Below are positions 19,553 to 28,865 of a stretch of DNA of 64,000 nt, piece after piece. How positions within the stretch are numbered: position 1 is the stretch's first letter; each line of letters opens with the position of its first letter. Where the stretch lies: positions 123,166 through 187,165 of the forward strand of contig JAISHO010000037.1 of assembly GCA_031262485.1 (NCBI GenBank), given 5' to 3'. A program made the position numbers and the translations under genes. A model generated the notes under the pieces. It did not search any database, was not told the origin of the DNA, and worked only from the letters and a program-made list of their open reading frames with translations. This DNA is from Propionibacteriaceae bacterium (GTDB lineage: Bacteria; Actinomycetota; Actinomycetes; Propionibacteriales; Propionibacteriaceae).

Positions 19553-20965
19553 TCAGGCTCCTTCCTTGTCCGGATCATGTCCGGACACTGTCAGGGCTCC
19601 CTCGGAGGCCTCGCCCCCGACTGGGGCGACGACGACATCCGCCAGTTCGGGCACGATCTGGCCCGGCATCGGCGGCACCGGGTACCCCCCGGCGTAGGGG
19701 TCGAAGACACCGGGCTCGATCGTCGGCACCCGGGAGACTTCGGATCTGACCTCTTCCTCCTCGCCTCCGACGAACAGCAAGATGATGAGGGCGGCGAGGG
19801 CGACGACTCCGGCGACGATGAGGACGGTCGGGGTCAGCCAGCCCTGGTCGCGGCCCGTTTGAACGAGGGCGATGAGGACGATCCAAGCCAGGTTGATCGG
19901 CAACAGCCAACGCCAGCCCAGATTCATGAACTGGTCGTAGCGGAAACGAGGAAGGGTTCCGCGCAACCAGACGAAGACGAAGATGAGCAGGAGGACCTTG
20001 ATGAGGAACCAGACCGGCGAGAACCAGCCGTGGTTGAGGACGTCGATGACGGGGCTGAAGAATCCGCGGTCGAGGATCGAGCCGTCGTTGAGCGGCCAGG
20101 GGGCGTGGTAACCGCCGAGGAAAAGCGTGGTCGCGATGCCGGAGACCGTCGCCATGTTGATGTACTCGGCGAGGAAGTAGATGGCGTAACGGAAACCGGA
20201 ATAGTCGGTGATGTAGCCGGAGACGAGTTCCTGCTCGCATTCGACGAGGTCGAAGGGGGCGCGGTTGGTCTCGGCCACCATCGAGATGCCGTAGATGAAG
20301 AAGCTGGGGAACAGCAGGAGGGCGTACCAGCCGGGCAAGCCGAGAACCGGCAGGATGCCGAGCGGTTGGGTTTGCGCCTCGACGATGTCGTGGGTCGACA
20401 TCGATCCGGTGTAAAGGAAGACGGCGACGAGGGAGAGCCCCATGGCGATCTCGTACGAGATCATCTGGGCGGTCGAACGGATCGAGCCGAGCAGCGAGTA
20501 TTCGGAGGTCGAGCTCCACCCGGCCAAGACGATGCCGTAGATCCCGATCGAGGCGATCGACAGGACGAAGAGAACGCCCATCGGCAAGTCGGTCAGCTGG
20601 AGGTGGGTCGTGTGCCCGAAGACGGTCACCTGACCGCCGATCGGCATGACCGACCAGGCGGTGAAGGCGGCGGTGCCGGTGAGGAAGGGGGCGATGTTGA
20701 ACAGCCACTTATCCGTGCCATGGGGCCGGAAATCCTCTTTGATGAGGCACTTCATGCCATCGCCGAGGGCCTGGCCGAGGCCGAAGGGGCCGTTCATGAT
20801 GGGGCCGAGACGGTGCTGCATCTTGCCGACGACGCGCCGCTCGTACCAGACGTTGAAGATCGTGAAAGTCAACAGGAAGACGAAGACGATGACGACCTTG
20901 ATGAGGACGAGCCACCAAGGATCTTGGCCGAAGATGGCCGATTCCAGCGGTGCGATCGGGCTCAC
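19553..20965 (-). CDS. nuoH: NADH-quinone oxidoreductase subunit H (extended acidic/Pro-rich C-terminus)
   Basis: [34 protein letters not shown] and [20 protein letters not shown] are the NuoH/ND1 signatures. The GTG start overlaps the nuoG stop (GTGA). Confidence 0.93.
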   Translation of the reverse strand: MSPIAPLESAIFGQDPWWLVLIKVVIVFVFLLTFTIFNVWYERRVVGKMQHRLGPIMNGPFGLGQALGDGMKCLIKEDFRPHGTDKWLFNIAPFLTGTAAFTAWSVMPIGGQVTVFGHTTHLQLTDLPMGVLFVLSIASIGIYGIVLAGWSSTSEYSLLGSIRSTAQMISYEIAMGLSLVAVFLYTGSMSTHDIVEAQTQPLGILPVLGLPGWYALLLFPSFFIYGISMVAETNRAPFDLVECEQELVSGYITDYSGFRYAIYFLAEYINMATVSGIATTLFLGGYHAPWPLNDGSILDRGFFSPVIDVLNHGWFSPVWFLIKVLLLIFVFVWLRGTLPRFRYDQFMNLGWRWLLPINLAWIVLIALVQTGRDQGWLTPTVLIVAGVVALAALIILLFVGGEEEEVRSEVSRVPTIEPGVFDPYAGGYPVPPMPGQIVPELADVVVAPVGGEASEGALTVSGHDPDKEGA

Positions 20966-23544
20966 GACTGATCACCTGCCTTCGTGTCGTGATCGGGAAT
21001 CCATCCAGACGGCGAATCGGCCGGATGGGGACTGGCCGGGGAGGCGGGCGCCTCGGCCGAAGTGTTCGAAGAATCGTCCGTGATGACGGCCGTCTCAGCT
21101 GCCTCAGCGACCTCTGGGACGCTCTGCTCCGGTGATGGCGCAGTGGTGGGGGCCGGGGAGGCGGAGGCCGGAGAAGCGGCCTGGGCGGTGAGACGAATCT
21201 CGCCGCCGCCGATCGAGGCGATCCCTCCGAGACGGGAGCGTCGCGGGACCCAGACGACGCCGTCGGCCATCGTCGAATCGATGACGAGCGGGAGGTCGAG
21301 CGATCCGCGATCACCGGCGACCTCGACGCGGGGGGAATCGGTCAGCCCCTGCTGGCGGGCGGTGGCGGGCGAGACCCGGGCGACGACCGGGCGGGCCGTG
21401 CCGGCCAAGGCCTCTTCACCGTCGCTATGGCGGGAGTCGTCGATCAACTCGCGCCAGCTGGCCAAGGTCAGGGTCGCCGTGGCGGAGCCGGGCTCCTGAC
21501 GAGGACCGTCAGGTCGGGCGCCGCTCCATGGCCCGAGCGCGTCGAGCGAGGCTCGGGCGCCAAGGTTGTCGCCGAAGCCGAGGTCGGCGCCCAGCTCGGT
21601 GGCCAGGGCGGACAGCACACGGATCTCCGTCATCGGGGCCCTCGATGGGGCGGCGACGGGGGCGACCGGACGCACCCGGTGCTCCCAATCGAGGAAGGAC
21701 CCGGCGATCTCCTCGAGCGGACTGACGGGCAAGACGACGTCGGCGGCGGCCGCGATATCGGAGAGCCGGTTCTCGAGGCTGACGACGAAGGGATGGGCGA
21801 GGGCGTCGAGGAAGGCGGTCGGATCGGGCATGTCACCCGCTTCGGCTCCGGAGATGAGGAGGGCGGCGAGATCGCCCCGCTCCGCGGCGGCCGCGTAATC
21901 GGCGACCTCATATCCCGGATCGGCGGGAAGCTCGCTCCCCCACGCGGCGGAGACCTGCTGGCGGGCCGCTTGATCGCCGAAGGGACGACCACCGGGCAAC
22001 AGACCGGGCAGCAAGCCGGCTTGAAGGGCGCCGATCTCGCCGGGACGGCGCGGGATCCACGCCCAGCGGGCGCCAGTCGTGGCGGCGATGTCGACGAGGG
22101 CGGTCAACGCGCCCGGCGACTCGGCCAAGCGCTCGCCGGCGAGAATGACGGTGTCGTGATCGAACTGGGGCGAGGCGGCGGTGAGGATCCGGGCCTCGTT
22201 GCCAGGGACGGTCGGAACGAGATTGGCTGACAGTTTGGCCGAACCGCGCGAGAGATAGGGCGCGATCGCCGCGACGACGAGGCCCTTCTTGCGAACCGCT
22301 TTGCGCAGACGGAGGAAGACGAGCGGTGACTCGTCTTCCGGTTCGAACCCGACGAGGACGACTTTCTTGGCCGTCTCGAGATCGGCGTAGGTGACCGTCT
22401 CGCCGAAGCGGGCTCCGGCGACGTGGGCGGCGAGGAAGGCCGTCTCCTCGGCGGAGGTGGCCCGGGATCGGAAATCGACCGAATCAGTGCCGAGGACGGC
22501 GCGGGCGAAGCGGGAGTAGGCGTAGGCCGTCTCCGTCGTGAGGCGCCCGCCTGTCAGCACTCCTACCTTGCCGGCGGCTTTCTTGAGACCCTCAGCGGCG
22601 GCTTCGAGGGCTTCCGGCCACGAGGCGACGGCGAGTTGGCCGTCGCGGCGCACGAGCGGGCGGGTGATGCGATCGTCACCCCGATTCGAGACGAAGCCGA
22701 AGCGACCGAGATCGCAGTTCCACTCCTCGTTGACCTCAGGATCGTTGCCGGCGTAACGGCGTCGGACATCGCCGTGGCGTTGATCGACGCGCAACTGGCA
22801 GCCGGCGGCGCAGTTCTCGCAGGTGGTCGTCGTCGAGACGAGGTCGAAGGGACGGGCGCTGAAGCGATAGCTCGCGTTCGTCAGCGCTCCGACTGGGCAG
22901 ATCTGGACGACGTTGCCGGAGAAGTAGGAGTCGTAAGGCTGATCCGGGTAGATGCCGACCTGCTGGACGGCGCCGCGCTCAAGCAGGTGGAGCGAGGTGT
23001 CGCCCGAGATCTGCTCGGAGAAGCGGGTGCAGCGGGCGCACAGGACGCAGCGTTCGCGGTCGAGGAGGATCTCCGAGGAGAGCGGGATCGGCTTGGGATA
23101 GGTCCGCTTGATGCCGTCGAAGCGTGATTCCCCTTGCCCGTCGGCCATCGCCTGGTTCTGCAGGGGGCACTCGCCGCCCTTGTCGCAGATCGGACAGTCG
23201 AGCGGGTGGTTGATGAGGAGCAGTTCGAGGATCTGGCGCTGGGAGTCGGTGGCCATCTGCGAGGTCGCTTGGGTCTTGACCTGCATCCCGTTGGCCGCCT
23301 CGAGCGTGCAGGACGCCTGCGGCTTCGGGAAACCGCGGCCATTGCCGGCGTCGGGCACCTCGACCATGCACTGACGGCAGGCGCCGACCGGATCGAGCAG
23401 CGGGTGGTCGCAGAACCGCGGGATGGCGATCCCGGCTTGTTCGGCCGCCCGGATGACGAGGGTCCCCTTGGGCACGGAGACCTGGACGTCGTCGACCGAC
23501 AGTGTGATGAGGTTGTCTTGCGGGGCTGGGACGGTGGCGGTCAT
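20962..23544 (-). CDS. nuoG: NADH-quinone oxidoreductase subunit G (75-kDa Fe-S subunit) with low-complexity tail
   Basis: MTATVPAPQDNLITLSVDD...IPRFCDHP...CRQCMVEV...HPLDCPICDKGGECPLQ...CVLCARCTRF. The ATG at 23544 overlaps the nuoF stop (ATGA). The track's upstream extension would overlap nuoF. Confidence 0.92.
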   Translation of the reverse strand: MTATVPAPQDNLITLSVDDVQVSVPKGTLVIRAAEQAGIAIPRFCDHPLLDPVGACRQCMVEVPDAGNGRGFPKPQASCTLEAANGMQVKTQATSQMATDSQRQILELLLINHPLDCPICDKGGECPLQNQAMADGQGESRFDGIKRTYPKPIPLSSEILLDRERCVLCARCTRFSEQISGDTSLHLLERGAVQQVGIYPDQPYDSYFSGNVVQICPVGALTNASYRFSARPFDLVSTTTTCENCAAGCQLRVDQRHGDVRRRYAGNDPEVNEEWNCDLGRFGFVSNRGDDRITRPLVRRDGQLAVASWPEALEAAAEGLKKAAGKVGVLTGGRLTTETAYAYSRFARAVLGTDSVDFRSRATSAEETAFLAAHVAGARFGETVTYADLETAKKVVLVGFEPEDESPLVFLRLRKAVRKKGLVVAAIAPYLSRGSAKLSANLVPTVPGNEARILTAASPQFDHDTVILAGERLAESPGALTALVDIAATTGARWAWIPRRPGEIGALQAGLLPGLLPGGRPFGDQAARQQVSAAWGSELPADPGYEVADYAAAAERGDLAALLISGAEAGDMPDPTAFLDALAHPFVVSLENRLSDIAAAADVVLPVSPLEEIAGSFLDWEHRVRPVAPVAAPSRAPMTEIRVLSALATELGADLGFGDNLGARASLDALGPWSGARPDGPRQEPGSATATLTLASWRELIDDSRHSDGEEALAGTARPVVARVSPATARQQGLTDSPRVEVAGDRGSLDLPLVIDSTMADGVVWVPRRSRLGGIASIGGGEIRLTAQAASPASASPAPTTAPSPEQSVPEVAEAAETAVITDDSSNTSAEAPASPASPHPADSPSGWIPDHDTKAGDQS

Positions 23545-24860
23545 GCGGCAGCTCCTTGTGGTGCGACGGCGAACAACGCGCTCTTCTCGTAGGGCAAGTG
23601 CTCCCAAGCGGGGGTGTGGTAGCCGATCTCGAACTCGTCGCGGAAATGCTTGACGGCGCTCGTGACGCAGGCGACGGCCCCTTCGGCCAGGGTGCAGAAG
23701 CTCTTGCCGGTGATGTCGTCGCAGATCGAGAGCAACTTCTCGATGTCACCCTCCTGGCCTTGGCCGGCCTCGAGTTTGGTGAGGAGTTGGACGAGCCACC
23801 AGGTGCCCTCCCGGCAGGGGGTGCACTTGCCGCAGGACTCGTGTTTGTAGAACTCGACCCAGCGCAACGTCGTGCGCACGACGGAGACCGTCTCGTCGAA
23901 GATCTGCATCGCCTTGGTGCCGAGCATGGTGCCGACGGCGGCGAGGCTCTCGAAATCCATGACGACGTCGAGGTGCTCGGCGGTCAGGATCGGGGTGGAG
24001 GAACCGCCCGGGGTGAAGAACTTCAGTTCGTGACCGGAGCGAATCCCACCGGCCAGATCGATGAGCTGACGCATCGTGATGCCCAGCGGCGCCTCGAATT
24101 GGCCGGGGTTGGCGACATGGCCCGAAAGCGAGTAGATGGTGAAGCCTTTCGACTTCTCCGTGCCCATCCCGGCGTACCAATCCTTGCCGTTGCGCAGGAT
24201 CGAGGGGACCGAGGCGATCGATTCGACGTTGTTGACGACCGTCGGCGAGGCGTAGAGGCCGGCCACGGCCGGGAAGGGCGGACGCAGCCGGGGCTGACCG
24301 CGCTTGCCTTCGAGCGAGTTGAGGAGCGCCGTCTCCTCGCCGCAGATATAGGCTCCGGCGCCGGCGTGGACGACGATGTCGAGGTCGTAGCCGGAACCGA
24401 GGATGTTCTCCCCCAGCAAACCGGCTTCATAGGCTTCCTCGACGGCCCGCTGCATCCGGCGGATCGGGTGGACGACCTCGCCGCGGATGTAGACGAAGGC
24501 GGTGTGACAGTGGATGGCGTAAGCCGAGATGATGATGCCCTCGACGAGGGTGTGGGGGCTGGCCATGAGGAGCGGGATGTCCTTGCAGGTGCCCGGCTCC
24601 GACTCGTCGCCGTTGACGACAAGGTACTTCGGGTTGGGGTTGTCCTGGGGAACGAAGCTCCACTTCGTGCCGGTCGGGAAGCCGGCGCCGCCACGGCCCC
24701 GCAGCTGCGCGTCCTTGACCTCGGTGACAACCTCTTCCGGCGTCATTGTCAAGGCTTTGCGCAGGCCCTCGTAACCGCCGTCGGAGCGGTAAGAGTCGAG
24801 CGTCCAGGAACGATCATGGCCCCAGTTGCGGGTCAGGACGGGCGACAGGAGATCAGTCAT
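23541..24860 (-). CDS. nuoF: NADH-quinone oxidoreductase subunit F (FMN/NADH site)
   Basis: GRGGAGFPTGTKWSF, ESEPGTCKD and ESCGKCTPCREGT motifs. Confidence 0.95.
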   Translation of the reverse strand: MTDLLSPVLTRNWGHDRSWTLDSYRSDGGYEGLRKALTMTPEEVVTEVKDAQLRGRGGAGFPTGTKWSFVPQDNPNPKYLVVNGDESEPGTCKDIPLLMASPHTLVEGIIISAYAIHCHTAFVYIRGEVVHPIRRMQRAVEEAYEAGLLGENILGSGYDLDIVVHAGAGAYICGEETALLNSLEGKRGQPRLRPPFPAVAGLYASPTVVNNVESIASVPSILRNGKDWYAGMGTEKSKGFTIYSLSGHVANPGQFEAPLGITMRQLIDLAGGIRSGHELKFFTPGGSSTPILTAEHLDVVMDFESLAAVGTMLGTKAMQIFDETVSVVRTTLRWVEFYKHESCGKCTPCREGTWWLVQLLTKLEAGQGQEGDIEKLLSICDDITGKSFCTLAEGAVACVTSAVKHFRDEFEIGYHTPAWEHLPYEKSALFAVAPQGAAA

Positions 24861-24865
24861 GCTGC

Positions 24866-25585
24866 TCAGTTCCTCTCATCCGGGGCGCCGGCCGTCCAAC
24901 CGCGTTCACGGGCGATCTCGACGCCTCGGAGGGACGCCTCACCGGCGGAGACGCCTTCGTCGGCCCGACCGTCGTTGAACCCCGCCAGGACTCGCTCATT
25001 GTCTTTCCACGAGGTCAGAGCGGCGCCGCGGGTCGGATGGACCTCCTTGCCGGCGGCGAGATCGTCGAGCAGGGCGATCGCCTTGTCGGGAGTCATGTTG
25101 TCCATGAACTCCCAGTTGACCATCATGACGGGGGCGAAATCACAGGCCGCGTTGCATTCGACCCGTTCGAGGGAGAAGAGACCGTCGGAGGTCGTCTCAT
25201 CCGGTTTGATGCCGAGCTTGTCCTCGACCGTCTGAAGGAGGGCGTCGCCGCCCATGACGGCGCAGAGCGCGGTGGTGCACACCCCGAGGTGGTGTTTGCC
25301 GGCGGGATGACGCTTGTACATCGTGTAGAAGGTGGCGACCCCGCTGACCTGGGCCTCGGTCAGCCCGAGGATCTCGGCGCAGACCTCGACGCCTCTGGGC
25401 GAGACCCGCCCGTCGACCGATTGGACGAGGTGGAGCATCGGCAGCAGCGCCGACGGCGGATGCGGATATCGACCGGCTAGTTGCTTGAGTTCGGCGATCG
25501 TCGTCTCGTCGATCGCGGTGGCGGTGTCGGTGGTGTCGATCCCGCCGGAGTGCTCGAAGTAGGTCTCGAATTCGTGACCGCTCAT
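24866..25585 (-). CDS. nuoE: NADH-quinone oxidoreductase subunit E ([2Fe-2S])
   Basis: [10 protein letters not shown]...[13 protein letters not shown]...[11 protein letters not shown]. The ATG at 25585 overlaps the nuoD stop (ATGA). The rest of track ORF 24866-25993 is an Arg-rich out-of-frame read through nuoD. Confidence 0.9.
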   Translation of the reverse strand: MSGHEFETYFEHSGGIDTTDTATAIDETTIAELKQLAGRYPHPPSALLPMLHLVQSVDGRVSPRGVEVCAEILGLTEAQVSGVATFYTMYKRHPAGKHHLGVCTTALCAVMGGDALLQTVEDKLGIKPDETTSDGLFSLERVECNAACDFAPVMMVNWEFMDNMTPDKAIALLDDLAAGKEVHPTRGAALTSWKDNERVLAGFNDGRADEGVSAGEASLRGVEIARERGWTAGAPDERN

Positions 25586-26883
25586 CGGTCGACACCTCCC
25601 AGCACCGGGTCGAGGCTGGCCAAGCCCACGACGACGTCGGACAACATGCCGCCCTCGCACAGGGTGGGCACGGATTGCAGATGGTTGAAGCCGGGATCGC
25701 GGAAATGGCACCGGTAGGGCCGGGTGCCACCATCGGAGACGAGGTGGCAACCCGATTCGCCCTTGGGCGACTCGATCGCTTGGTAGACCTGCCCGGCGGG
25801 GACTCGGAAGCCTTCTGTCACCGTCTTGAAGTGGTGGATGAGGCCTTCCATCGACTCGCCCATGATGTGCTTGACGTGAGCGAAAGAGTTTCCTTGGCCG
25901 TCGGGGCCGACGACGAGCTGGGCCGGCCAGGCGATCTTGGGATCGTCGACCATGACGGGATCTCCGGTCGTCTTCTCGAGACGTTCGTAGCACTGCTCGA
26001 TGATCTTGAGCGACTCCCAGAGCTCTTGGAGCCGGACGCGGAAACGACCGTAGGCGTCGCCGGTGTCCCAGGTGATGACGTCGAAATCGTACGTCTCATA
26101 GCCGCAATAGGGCTGGTCGCGGCGCAGATCCCAGGGGTAGCCGGTGGCCCGCAGCGGCGGGCCGGAGACGCCGAGAGCCATGCACTGGCTGAGGTTCATC
26201 GTCGCCACGCCTTGCATGCGGCCCTTGAAGATGGGGTTCTCGTTGCAGAAGCCGGCGTATTCGGGCACGTGCTTGTGCATCCACTCGATGACGGTGCGCA
26301 GCTGAGCCAGACCGTTGTCGGGAAGGTCGATCGAGACGCCGCCGGGGCGGACATACCCGTGGTTCATCCGGGTGCCGCACAGCGCCTCGAAGAAGTCGAG
26401 GATCATCTCGCGTTCACGGAAGCCGATCGTCATCATCGTCAGGGCGCCGAGTTCCATGCCGCCGGTGCCCATGGCGACGAAGTGGTTCGCCATCCGGTTG
26501 AGCTCCATGACGAGCACCCGCATGACGTTGGCCCGCTCAGGGACGGTGATGCCGAGCAGCTTCTCGACCGCCAGGCAATACGTCACCTCGTTGAACATGG
26601 GGACGATGTAATCCATCCGGGTGACGAGCGTGGAGCCCTGCGCGAAGGTGCGGTACTCCATCTGCTTCTCGATGCCGGTGTGGAGGAAGCCGATGCCGGG
26701 GCGGACCGACGTGACCGTCTCGCCGTCCATCTCGACCTCGAGGCGCAACACCCCGTGGGTCGAGGGGTGCTGGGGGCCCATGTTGATGACGAGGGTTTCA
26801 TCGCCATGGGTGCGCTGGGCTTCGACGATCTCGTCCCAGTCGCCGCCGTGGGCGACGTAGGTCGTCTCCATCGTCTCGCTCAT
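25582..26883 (-). CDS. nuoD: NADH-quinone oxidoreductase subunit D
   Basis: [10 protein letters not shown]...[23 protein letters not shown]...[15 protein letters not shown]. The ATG shares 1 nt with the nuoC stop (TGATG). Confidence 0.93.
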   Translation of the reverse strand: MSETMETTYVAHGGDWDEIVEAQRTHGDETLVINMGPQHPSTHGVLRLEVEMDGETVTSVRPGIGFLHTGIEKQMEYRTFAQGSTLVTRMDYIVPMFNEVTYCLAVEKLLGITVPERANVMRVLVMELNRMANHFVAMGTGGMELGALTMMTIGFREREMILDFFEALCGTRMNHGYVRPGGVSIDLPDNGLAQLRTVIEWMHKHVPEYAGFCNENPIFKGRMQGVATMNLSQCMALGVSGPPLRATGYPWDLRRDQPYCGYETYDFDVITWDTGDAYGRFRVRLQELWESLKIIEQCYERLEKTTGDPVMVDDPKIAWPAQLVVGPDGQGNSFAHVKHIMGESMEGLIHHFKTVTEGFRVPAGQVYQAIESPKGESGCHLVSDGGTRPYRCHFRDPGFNHLQSVPTLCEGGMLSDVVVGLASLDPVLGGVDR

Positions 26884-27575
26884 CAGTATGACCTCCGCTC
26901 GTCCGGGGGCGGGACCTGGGCGCCTTTGAACTCGATCGGAACGCCGCCGAGGGGGTAATCCTTGCGCTGCGGGTGGCCGATCCAGTCGTCCGGCATGAGG
27001 ATGCGGGTGAGGTGGGGGTGGCCGTCGAAGATGACGCCGAACATGTCCCAAGTCTCACGCTCGTGCCAATCGGCCATGGGATAGACCGACACGACCGAGG
27101 GGACGTGAGGATCGGACTCAGGGCAGGTGACCTCGAGGCGGAGACGGCGATTATGCGTCATCGAGAGAAGGTGGAGGGCGACGTGCAGCTCGCTGCCCGC
27201 CTGGTCGGGATAGTGGACGCCAGAGACGGAGACACACATCTCGAAACGCAGCCAGGCGTCGTCACGACACTGCTGGACGACTTCGAGGAGGTGCTCGCGG
27301 GGGACGTTGACCGTCATCTCGTCACGGTCGATGACGATGTTCTCGTCGGTGATGGCATCGACGAGGGATTCGAGCCGGTCGGCCACCTCGTCGAACCAGC
27401 CTCCATAGGGCCGTTGGGCCGGACCGGGGGCGTACACCGGGGTGACGAGCCCGTTATAGCCGGAGACGTCGGAAGGTCCACTCCCCCACATGCCGCGCTT
27501 GACGGTGATCGGCGCCTGGGGGGTGGAAGGGGATGTGGCGAGGGCGACGCCGCTCTCGGTGGGGGGCTGGGTCAT
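26883..27575 (-). CDS. nuoC: NADH-quinone oxidoreductase subunit C
   Basis: MTQPPTESG...[34 protein letters not shown]. The ATG at 27575 overlaps the nuoB stop (ATGA). Confidence 0.9.
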   Translation of the reverse strand: MTQPPTESGVALATSPSTPQAPITVKRGMWGSGPSDVSGYNGLVTPVYAPGPAQRPYGGWFDEVADRLESLVDAITDENIVIDRDEMTVNVPREHLLEVVQQCRDDAWLRFEMCVSVSGVHYPDQAGSELHVALHLLSMTHNRRLRLEVTCPESDPHVPSVVSVYPMADWHERETWDMFGVIFDGHPHLTRILMPDDWIGHPQRKDYPLGGVPIEFKGAQVPPPDERRSY

Positions 27576-28147
27576 CGCATCAACCCCTTCTTCTCCTGAT
27601 ACGGAATCATCTCTTGCGTCGGGACGGCCTCGAGGGCGGCTTGCTCCTTGGCCTCGCGCTGTTCGGCGATGTGGACCCCGATCGGGTGGTGCATGACGGG
27701 GCCCTTCTTCAGCTTGAAGACGGCGTCGATGAGCATGTCGGGCCGCGGCGGGCACCCGGGCACGTACATGTCGACCGGGACGATGTGATCACAGCCCTGG
27801 ACGACCGCGTAGTTGTTGAACATGCCGCCGCTGGAGGCGCAGGCGCCCATCGAGATGACCCACTTGGGTTCGGGCATTTGGTCGTAGACCTGGCGCACGA
27901 CCGGGGCCATCTTATGGGAGACCCGTCCGGAGACGATCATGAGGTCAGCCTGACGCGGGGAGGCCCGGAAAACCTCTTGGCCCCACCGGCCGGCGTCGAA
28001 GCGAGGGGCGCCGAAGGCCATCATCTCGATGGCGCAACAGGCCAAGCCCATTGTGGCCGGCCAGAACGACGTCTGCCGCATCCAACCGAAGATCGCTTCG
28101 GTCGTCGTCAGTAGGACACCGGGGGGAATTTTGTCCTCGACACCCAT
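27572..28147 (-). CDS. nuoB: NADH-quinone oxidoreductase subunit B (N2 cluster)
   Basis: [10 protein letters not shown]...[13 protein letters not shown]...VPGCPPRP. Confidence 0.95.
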   Translation of the reverse strand: MGVEDKIPPGVLLTTTEAIFGWMRQTSFWPATMGLACCAIEMMAFGAPRFDAGRWGQEVFRASPRQADLMIVSGRVSHKMAPVVRQVYDQMPEPKWVISMGACASSGGMFNNYAVVQGCDHIVPVDMYVPGCPPRPDMLIDAVFKLKKGPVMHHPIGVHIAEQREAKEQAALEAVPTQEMIPYQEKKGLMR

Positions 28148-28161
28148 GATTCAGTTCCTCC

Positions 28162-28521
28162 TCATTCCCAGGTGAGGCCGCCGCGGCGGACGACGTAGAC
28201 GTAGGCGACAAGCACCGTGACGATGAACAAGATCATCTCGACGAGGGCGAAAATCCCCATCTGATTGAAGGAGACCGCCCAGGGATAGAGGAAGACGATC
28301 TCGATGTCGAAGATGATGAAGAGCATCGCGGTGATGTAGTACTTGACCGGAAGCCGCCCGCCGCCGACCGGTTGCGGAGTCGACTCGACGCCGCACTCGT
28401 AGGCCGAGTACTTAGCTTTGTTATGCCGGCGCGGTCCGATGACGGCGCTCAGCATGATCGCGATCGCCATGAAACCGCCCGAGAGAGCGAGTAAACCGAC
28501 GAGAGGTGCGTAGAGATTCAT
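28162..28521 (-). CDS. nuoA: NADH-quinone oxidoreductase subunit A
   Basis: 119 aa with 3 TM helices. YECGVESTP...YYITAMLFIIFDIEIVFLYPWA is the NuoA/ND3 signature. First gene of the operon. Confidence 0.93.
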   Translation of the reverse strand: MNLYAPLVGLLALSGGFMAIAIMLSAVIGPRRHNKAKYSAYECGVESTPQPVGGGRLPVKYYITAMLFIIFDIEIVFLYPWAVSFNQMGIFALVEMILFIVTVLVAYVYVVRRGGLTWE

Positions 28522-28635
28522 GGCCGTTCCTCGACTTCGAAGTCGTTCATCGTCAATCTCATCCTTCGGGGGGTCACCAGGACTTCGCCATTGATCCTAG
28601 TGGTTCGTGACAGCTTGTGACAGTGCCACAACTCC

Positions 28636-28663
28636 ATACTAGGCAAAGAGCGTGCTGTTCCAA
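28636..28663 (-). promoter_or_regulatory. Candidate nuo operon promoter
   Basis: Minus strand has TTGGAA (28663-28658), a 16-nt spacer, then TAGTAT (28641-28636), inside the 344-bp lower-GC gap upstream of nuoA. It would give a leader of about 110 nt. Confidence 0.35.
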
Positions 28664-28865
28664 AAGCGGGGGGCGCTCGGGGCGGAACACGAAGAGCTTA
28701 GCCCGGACTGGCCGTTCTGTCTTGTCAGGAGGAGGAACGTTTCCACAGCGTGGACGAAAGTCCGATCGGAAAACGTTGTCCTTACGCAAAACATCTAGCT
28801 AGTTTCCCACGGAGGCTGAGCGGCCCGCGCGAGCCGGGCGCGCCTTCAGGCCGTGAGCCGACCGA

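Noticed and set aside
28600-28630. Possible CRP/GlxR-type site (TGTGA-N6-TCACA) upstream of nuoA, because of the GTGACAGCTTGTGACAG sequence.
   Set aside because: The two half-sites are direct repeats, not inverted, so they do not fit the palindromic CRP consensus. I kept it only as a generic direct-repeat operator candidate.
28574-28802. Small ORFs in the nuoA upstream gap (28574-28789 minus, 28617-28802 plus), and a 39-codon uORF ending at the nuoA ATG.
   Set aside because: They have no SD and odd composition (Cys/Arg/Pro-rich). They lie in a region better explained as promoter plus leader. They cannot be supported without conservation or ribosome-profiling data.
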